Positions 52,357-64,000 of a DNA stretch of 64,000 nucleotides are shown here, one piece after another. The stretch's first letter is position 1. Each line of letters opens with the position of its first letter. A program made the translations under genes and the position numbers. The notes under the pieces were generated by a model. The model made no database searches and had not been told where the DNA came from. It was given only the letters and a program-made list of their open reading frames with translations. Source of the DNA: Takakia lepidozioides (lineage: Eukaryota; Plantae; Bryophyta); assembly GCA_030704615.1 (NCBI GenBank), contig CM060734.1:41912001-41976000 (forward strand), in the 5' to 3' direction.

Positions 52357-52502
52357 TGTGATGGACTAGTGGCTGCACTAGTGGTGGCTAGTGGCAGCCT
52401 AGTGGTGGACTAGTGGCTGCACTAGTGGTGACTAGTGGTTGCACTAGTGGTGACTAGTGGTTGTTTAGTGGCAGCCTAGTGATGCACTAGTGATAGATTA
52501 GT
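52357..52502 (+). repeat. Start of the 3' LTR of the DNMT-Gypsy element, composed of CTAGTGG tandem modules
   Basis: TG follows a purine tract; about 11 imperfect CTAGTGG units spaced 10-13 bp apart. Confidence 0.6.
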
Positions 52503-53010
52503 GTTTGGTGTGTACATATGTTGTGTGGTTTGGACAGCGATGTAGTTGTGTAGCGATATGTATGCGCACGACAAATCCATTTTTGTGAGTTGTGTGTGGT
52601 TTATGGTTGCAATATGAGTACTTTGACAATATTGTGTCATTCTTGTGTGTTCTTTCAGTTTTACAGATTTCAGTCTTTTAGTTTACAGCTACATTTTCAG
52701 CCAGTCCCTCAGATTTTCGGCCAATCCCTCAGTTAATCAGCCAGTCTCTCACTTAATTTTTCAATGCAGATTTATCTACTACAATATCTATGAAATTTAA
52801 TTCATCCAAACATATAATTTACTATTACTATTGTTCAACATCTCTTAATTCGACGTTTCATTGCCTTGTACATTGCTTGTTTGTGTTCTTATAAGATTTT
52901 CAAAATCTTCTAATTTGGCTAACCTCCATTAATATTATTTTCTGTTATAATACAACTTGAACCTTAATTCAGTTTTTTTACAACTTTATTTTTATATCTA
53001 ATTTACTCTC

Positions 53011-56000
53011 TTGGATACAGAGATAGACTTAATATTACAATATCAGGATTTGCATCGTGTACACGATTACCATTATGTTGTTGGAGACTGTTTATTTGAT
53101 TCGGTTGCTTATTTGCTGCATTATGAAATATCATCTACAGATCTCCGTCGTCAAACCATGAAACATTTTCTGCAAACTTTACAATTGCCCACTGATGAGG
53201 TGGCCGAAATGATTCAAATCCACTTTTCTTCGGACGCCCTCTATGAGTTACGTGGTGTTCGCACAATTGATGAATTTGTTCAACAAATGTCCAAAAGTGT
53301 TGTTTGTGGAGGTTTAGAAGGTGATAATCGTGCCATTTTTTGTTTAGCAAATTATTTACAAAGACCCATTCGGTTATGGTCTCGAGTAAATAAAAGAATA
53401 ATGTTTTCTGTGGGTGATCAATTTGTTGTGCATACCCCTCTCCAACTACTTTATGACGATAGACACGCTACGAAGAGTGGGCACTTTGAATCTATTATTT
53501 TTAAAAGAACTCATTGCACTTCAAATGTTATGCCATCGACCTCGATTTCAAATTCTCAGTCGCTTTCAATTTCGGGATTTGCAACATCAGTACAACCTTC
53601 TTTGATATCACAACATGTCACTATAAAAAAGGGTCAACAACAAAATGATATTATGAACAACACCAATGTAACCCCGAAAACACCTTGTTTTCAATGGCTA
53701 CCAACTCATGATGAACACATATTCAATTTGATGGTCGAGTTTCCGTCGTCCACTCTCAAAGACATAGCACAGATCTTCTCCCATCATTATGCAACTTTGA
53801 ATATCACATTTACTCAAATTTATTCTCATTTGCGGTGAATTAATTTAAAAAAAAGTATATAGCAAAACAAAATACACCGCAAATTGATTCTCCCATTGCT
53901 CCTGAAAATTCAGTCCAACCAATACCTCTTCATTCATTGCATCATTCCAACAATAATCCCATTGAAATTCATGTCAACTCTGCTCATCGCAGTAAATACA
54001 TAGAAAAAATTGTCTGATACACTAGTGCATCCATGTATGTGTTGTCATTGACTATGTTTAAAAAAATAAATTGTTACACCGACAAACAAATTGTTAAAAA
54101 AAATAGCCGTGTATATTCCTATTGTAACAACGGAACAAAATCATGGACAAATGTTTATATGTCGAAGTTGTAAATTAATGCTTGACCACGATAAATCTCC
54201 TAAATATGTAGTTCCTAACATAATTCATCTAAATGCTTATATTAATAATGTTCAAAACCTCAATGCGCTTGAGGAAAGATTAATTGCACCACGTATGGCA
54301 TTTGCCCAAATATATCAATTGCAAGGTTATGGCCAATATGGTATACGTGGTAGCATTATAAACGTTCCATCAAATGTTAACAATACACTATCAGTTTTAC
54401 CTCACATGCCGAATGACAATACTACCATTGGAGTACTTTTAAAACGTCGTCTGGAATATAAATCTCCATATTTATCAGGAATTGTTCGTCCCAATTTTAT
54501 TATGTTGGCTTTACATGATCTTGTTACTACTCCATTATACATAGAAGCTAATGTTACCATTCGACCACAATGGTTAGGATTATTTACATTGTCCCATCAA
54601 ACAGAACAAAATTGTATAAATATCGATGGACCATTAGAAGAATTTAATGAAATATCTCAAGATGAGTTTGAGGAAGTTGTCGAAAATACTACTAGTGATA
54701 CTCTGGTACAAAATATCCTCATTTCAAATCAAATACAAGTATTTCATGATGGTCTATTAAGAGTAGCTCTTTCTCAAGACTTTAAACCATTAGGTCTTTT
54801 CCAAGATACTCATAGTGAAGAATTGATTTTCCTACTTTGTTTTTTGGACATCCTCGATCAAACACTGGTTCATTGTCTTATCAAGCCATTGCACAATGGG
54901 AACAATTACATAAATATCATGATTTCACGAGACATATTCCAAATCTTTTTTTTAAAGCTATCAAAGTACTAATTCATGGTGTTACATCATCTTCATGGAT
55001 TCGGATCTAGGCTATAGGGATTTGGAAAGATTACGAACATTGCCAAATTATTTGGCTCGTCTCCGGAAAGAGGCCTTTGCAATGATTCGACAACTAGGAC
55101 CACCAACTTTTTTTGTCACATTTACAAGTGCAGAAAGTAGATGGTCATCTTTACTGCAAACCATCCATTCGCTCAATCATAAAAAATTGGGAATTCCAAA
55201 TGACATTCAAAATTTGGAAAGTAAACACGTTGCTGAATTGGTAAGATCGGATCCCGTTACATGTGCTCGATATTATGATCATCGAATGGGTGCATTTAGA
55301 CATCTATGTATGAAAGATCATACCATTTTTTGAACACTCCGTGATTTCTTCTTTGTAACGGAATTTCAAAGCCGAGGCAGTGAGCATGATCATGGTATGT
55401 TATGGATAGCTAATGCACCAATTTACGGGGTTGATAAAAATGATATAATTGAACAATTCGTAGATAAATATATAACATCCGATAGTAATGTTCTTCCACC
55501 CATTCTACGTGAAGCTCAAACCCATCAGCACAAACGAACATGAGGAAAAAGAATCAAGCTATATGTCGTTTTCATTATCCATTGCCCCCAATGAATTCTA
55601 CCGCAATTTTGGAACCTTTAACAGAACAATTAAACAAACAACAATTGATGCATTTGAATCAAATATCAACTGTAATATTTACTAAGTTGGACAAAATGGA
55701 TATGGGTTTAGATATTACATTTAATGAGTTTATTTTATTTTTACATATTGATGAAAAAACATATATAGCTGCTTTACGTAGTAGATTACACAAACCAACT
55801 TTATTTTTAAAAAGAGCATGTAAAGACATTTGCACAAACGCATTCGGCATACATGCGGGTCCACTGTGGCAAGCTAATACTGATGCATAGTATATTCTTG
55901 ATCCTTATGCAGCAGCTAGTTACATCTTATCTAACTAAAATAGATAAAACTATTACTAATGAATTTCGCACAATCATAGAAAAATATAATTCAGAAAAAA

Positions 56001-58978
56001 TTGATGCAAATGTCAGAATCCATTATCGGGAACAACTTTTATTTTTTCATCCATTTGTGGGAAGCGAAGAATCACAAAAAAAAAGGACCATGATATCGCG
56101 ATGTTCGTTATAGTGCACATACCTAATAATATACGATTTTTGTCGTGGTTTTATATTACTTCTATCTGCATTATAATCTGCTACATATTCACTGATACTC
56201 AAGTGATGTAATGTAGTTGGTTGCTCAATATATTTATCAATAATAGACGAACATTTAATATTTGTGGACTCGGGTGGAAGACCTCGCAAATCTTTATCGG
56301 ATTTCAATACAAATGCACGTTCTTGCGGAGATGATGTATTTATGAATTTGAAAGTTCTTGATGCGTGATATAGTGGTATGGATAACACAATATATGCAGC
56401 CAATTGAGCCGACATTTGTTGTGCATTTAGGAAAATATTTCCCATTTATGCTTATTTGGTTCATAAACCAACTATATTGATGATACGTGACAAATTCATA
56501 TATAAGTTCCTAACAGAAAACACTACTATTTCAGATTGGAATACATTAGAGACAAAAGCATACGAATTAGCAAAAACCAACAATCTTAGTGTATGGATGG
56601 ACAAGTTCATTGATGTTGATATAGAACCAAACGTTTTTGAGTCTCTGACAGATTGCACAGGGATTGAAACATATGACATAACAACATAATTTCATTTGCG
56701 TCCTGAAATTGGATTGTCAACAACAATACCGGAGGCAAACATATCTACAACACCTGACAATATTATTCCTAATAAACAATTTTATGAACAGCTGCGAAAG
56801 CTTAATCCAGAACAACGTACAATTTTCGATGACTGCATACACAGAAAACAGATGTTTCCTGACAAACCCTTGCATTTGTTTCTAACTGAGGGAGCAGGAA
56901 CTGGAAAAACGTTTACTTTACTTATTATTATTCAAGGTCTGCTTAGATTTTATAATAAACATCCACAATCTGACCCACTTAAGAAAAAAACAATTCTTAT
57001 GGCTTACACTAGCAAAGCAGCCTTCAATATTGATGGAACAACCATTCATTCTGGGCTAAGCATACCTCTTAATTGCAAAGATTTGCCTTCCCTCGGATCA
57101 GAACAATTAGACACGTTGGTAAAATCATTTGATCAACTACAACTTATGGTGTTAGATGAAGTGTCTCTTGTGGATAACATGATGCTTATGTTTATTAATC
57201 AACGACTACGATCAATTAAACAAATTCATGGTATTTTCTTTGGTAATATTGATGTTATTATTACTGGAGATTTTTCGCCAGTAAGAGATTCGTGGGTTTT
57301 AAAGAAAAAACTCGGAAGTCCTGATGCTTTAGTTCCTGGTTTTTGGCAGGATTGTGTTAAATGTTACGAACTTACTCAAGTAATGCGTCAATCAGATAAT
57401 GAATTTATTGGCATACTCAATCGACTACGAACAGCAACAACAACCCAACACGATATTAATATTCTAAATCAACAATGTTGTCGCCCTCCGCCAAACAATC
57501 CAGCATTTCCACATTTATATTATACCAACAAAAATATGTTAATTCATAATCACAAAGCATTTGAGCAAATTAAAGGATTTGTATATATTTTTGAAGCTAT
57601 TGACAAATACCATGATACATGTCCATCTACTTTTAAGCTCTTGGACAGTGCAGCCAACACGGCCGGCTTACATACAACAAAAGAGATGTTAATTGAATTA
57701 TGTGCAGGAAATTATGCAACTCATGATGGTCTAGTAAATGGGGCGGATGGTATATTTAAACATACTTCCGTGTTAACAAATTCAACCCCTTTAATATGGA
57801 TACAATTTAACAATCCAAAATCTGGTGTTGCTACACGTGCAAAAAATATTCACTTATATAACTCAACAATAGGTAAGTTATGGACTCCAATTCAACCAAT
57901 TTCTAAGGAGATTCAAATAAGATCAAATACTTCACATATAATTACTAGAACCCAATTTTCTATTCAATTAGCAGCCGCTCGAGCATCGTTCTCAAGACTT
58001 AACTTTGGACTATCTAGCATTCGATCCTACAGGGGTATATAAACATGGTTTAAGCTATACAGGTTTGTCACGCATACGTAACAAAACTTATACCTCTTAG
58101 CAAATTTGCAATTGAATAATTTTCATGTTGACAATGGGGTTGCCGAGGAGATGCACGTCTACATACAAGCGCACAATGGCAGTTACTCGTTCCAACTTTG
58201 CACATATACAAACAATCACATGTAATTATGCAGCACTTGAATACAAGATCATTGTTATTACATAAAGAAGATGTTTTTGCAGACCACAACTTACAAACGG
58301 CTCATATTTTATGTTTTAGTGAAATGCACTTCAAACCTAATTCCAATATAAATCTGTTTATGGATTCCACAAAATATTAATATATCGCTGTACATGGTAG
58401 TCATGGCACCATGATGTTATATGACACAACAATGTCCTTAGTATCTCATGAAGTGTTTTTCATTCTCTGATGCTGAATATATAATGGCCACTTTCAATAA
58501 AAATACAATAAGAGCTATTCATGTAGTTACTATTTACAAACCTCCATCACTTTCTATATCTATATTTTTGTCTCAACTACAAACAATTCTTCATAAAATA
58601 CCACATTTCTGTCCCACCATTATTATAGGGGATTTCAATATAATATATTACGAAATGATTCAACCATGTCAAAACAATTGCTACAATTCATGAGGATGTT
58701 CAATATGACACTTCAATTCATGAAAACTACTACAATATATGATTCGCAGTTGGACCATATTTGGACAAATACACCTAACCAACAATGTATATCGAGAGTT
58801 GCGGAGGCATATTGGACAGATCACAAACCTATATATATAGCTTTCAATCTACCAAACCATGTTGTTAAATATCATCATTCTACAATATAGCATGTAAAAT
58901 ACTTCGTTACACACTCCACATTGGAGGGTGGAGCCATTACACACTCCACATTGGAGGGTGGAGCCATTATGCGTCTAG
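53011..58978 (+). mobile_element. Decayed Helitron/Helentron: OTU-like protease, Rep (HUH), PIF1 helicase, AP endonuclease
   Basis: OTU GDCLFDSVA..GHFE; LEERLIAPR..G.IINVP; Rep PTFFVTFTSAE, FVTEFQSRGSEHDHGMLW, TSYLTK; helicase GAGTGKT, GTTIHS, LDEVS, GDF, LTQVMRQ, GLVNGADG; EEP LCFSE, IYKPP, IGDFN, LDHIW, TDHKPI. 3' hairpin followed by CTAG (58975-58978). AT-rich compared with the flanks. 5' end not resolved. Confidence 0.9.
58907..58969 (+). repeat. Duplicated 30-bp hairpin unit at the Helitron 3' end
   Basis: TTACACACTCCACATTGGAGGGTGGAGCCA occurs twice; each copy contains a CTCCAC...GTGGAG stem. Confidence 0.85.
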
Positions 58979-59096
58979 CCGCTTGTTGCATATAAGAATG
59001 ACTTACCCTGGCCATCAGTGTAAGGGCAATCTCATGTACAAGAAATACAGCAATTGATATAGGAAACAATGATGAGGCAACTGTTGTGTTTCCCTC

Positions 59097-62500
<3,404 letters not shown>

Positions 62501-62677
62501 TGTACTATTTCTGCACCCCACACACACACAAAGTCGAGCCTCAATCGCTCCAAGTTTTCTGTCAAAAGGAGATTGTCAAAGCACTGTTGGTTGATGACTG
62601 GGGCACTGATGTGCTTGGTGCTCCCCTTACCTTCAATGAGCTCCTGCTTCTACTTCACCAAAGATGAATCCACGCAC

Positions 62678-62680
<3 letters not shown>

Positions 62681-62766
<86 letters not shown>
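62681..62766. repeat. (GA)n microsatellite upstream of the OYE start codon
   Basis: About 43 GA units. Shorter tracts at ~875-897, ~14687-14711 and ~63194-63212. Confidence 0.95.
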
Positions 62767-62769
<3 letters not shown>

Positions 62770-64000
62770 TGTGAGTTTCAGGACTAGGGAAGTTTTCACC
62801 ATGTGTAACTCACTCACCATTTGTGGACATCATTACAGTTCTCGTAGAGATCTACATGATCCTGTTACTCACTACCACAAAAGTATTGCTAGTGACAGTT
62901 GCCAACTAGGTCTCAAAACGATGTAGCAATGCCCATTGTCTTGCTTGCATCCTCGTCAACTCCCTGGTCAACACCACCTCTACCAGGGAAGATTACAACA
63001 TTACCGCACACTACAATCCTGATTAGCTATGTCCTAGTCGACACTCCCGCGAGCAATACAGATGGTGGAGCGAAAAATCCAGTATAGAATATCCCACCCC
63101 TCTCCAGGTGCTCCCTCAGGAATTCCCTCAGGAATTCGGATTTCAGAAGAAGCAGGCTATGTGTACAATGGCACTGTTCGTAGGTGCCTGAACAGAGAGA
63201 GAGAGAGAGAGAAGGGGGGTAAGTAAGAGCTAGTACATGATGACGCTACTTTATAGTTTATAGCTGGACTTAGTAGGAGAAATTAGAAGCGCACACCCAC
63301 CTTTCAGACTTCAAATCTATTGAAATCTCTTACACCTTTTTCTGCTCTCTACCGTCACCCTCAAAGTAGTTGTACTCTATCTGTTGTCTTCCATGTCTTT
63401 TAACTCCTGTAAGCCGCCTGCGGCCGTAATGCTCCTCCTCATTTCCTTTCTTTGAGCTGCGGACGTTATAGAGTACCGTTTCATTTCATTTCATTTCTTA
63501 TATCTCATCGCATTCAACTTAGAGCTACCGCGAACACAGTCACAAGAAACAAACTTACGGGATAAGTCGCAGCTGTAATGCCTCAAGTCAACTGAGCTCC
63601 AATCTTCACACCACTCCTTGAATACTCTCCTTCCTCACACTACCAGCGAGCAAGAGCGCTCTCCATCGGTGGGAACTGATATCTGGCAGCTGGGTCCCGC
63701 TGCCAGCTTCTTTATTGGCGATCCGATTCAATGAACGGCAACGTCTGATGTCTGATCACGAATGCCCGCATCTCCGTCGTTGACCTCGTAGGAAAGGCGC
63801 AATGAAGCTTCGTCAGCCCTGTGAACTCGTGCCTATTTCCGTGGTACCAGATCCTATTTCCACCACATAGACACTCAAATCAAGGAATGCCTTCCCCCAT
63901 ATAGAGAAGGAGGTAAGGAGAGAAAAGAGGGAAAGGGAGACTAGAAGGTACTCAACACATGGCTACAAATCCAAGTGGGTCTTTATCTATCCACACACTC

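Larger units (their letters stand above)
44025..52502 (+). mobile_element. Ty3/Gypsy retrotransposon with order PR - C5-DNMT - (RT/RNase H mostly deleted) - IN - PHD - PPT - LTR start; interrupted by TIR copy B
   Basis: Protease VLLDSGAQ (~44250-44273); DNMT motifs; RNase H tail VVHRPG..DADGLSR; integrase HAHEELGHFG..CTVC, WSLDFAGP, TDQG, NGLAER; PHD finger; PPT AGGGGGCGAT then TG at 52357. Confidence 0.9.

Noticed and set aside
52357-52502. CRISPR-like array
   Set aside because: Eukaryotic context, units of only 10-13 bp with no unique spacers, and no cas genes.
52775-52790. A|TCTACTAC as the Helitron 5' terminus
   Set aside because: It fits the TC start rule, but AT-rich element-like sequence extends further upstream to ~52500 and it cannot be confirmed without other copies.

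Overview
Eukaryotic DNA, most likely from a non-seed land plant (spliced GT-AG genes, (GA)n microsatellites; the lineage is inferred from gene and TE types). Five host genes: a TCHQD-class glutathione transferase, a WRINKLED1-like double-AP2 factor with the 9-nt VYL micro-exon, a small class I SAM methyltransferase, an intronless serine acetyltransferase, and an Old Yellow Enzyme/OPR-like reductase. Between about 28.8 and 59 kb lies a nested transposon island. (1) A Ty3/Gypsy element whose pol carries a DNMT3-like C5 cytosine methyltransferase between the protease and the RT position, plus a PHD finger after the integrase. (2) Two copies of an unclassified cut-and-paste element (15-bp TIR CCCGGGGGGTGCACT, perfect 8-bp TSDs) packed with shuffled LINE fragments; one copy splits the DNMT. 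(3) A second, opposite-strand Gypsy element with an LTR and an extra 3' ORF, fused head-to-head with the first. (4) LINEs. (5) A Helitron/Helentron with OTU protease, Rep, PIF1 helicase and AP-endonuclease domains. All TE ORFs here are decayed. Coordinates were read by eye and may be off by a few bases.
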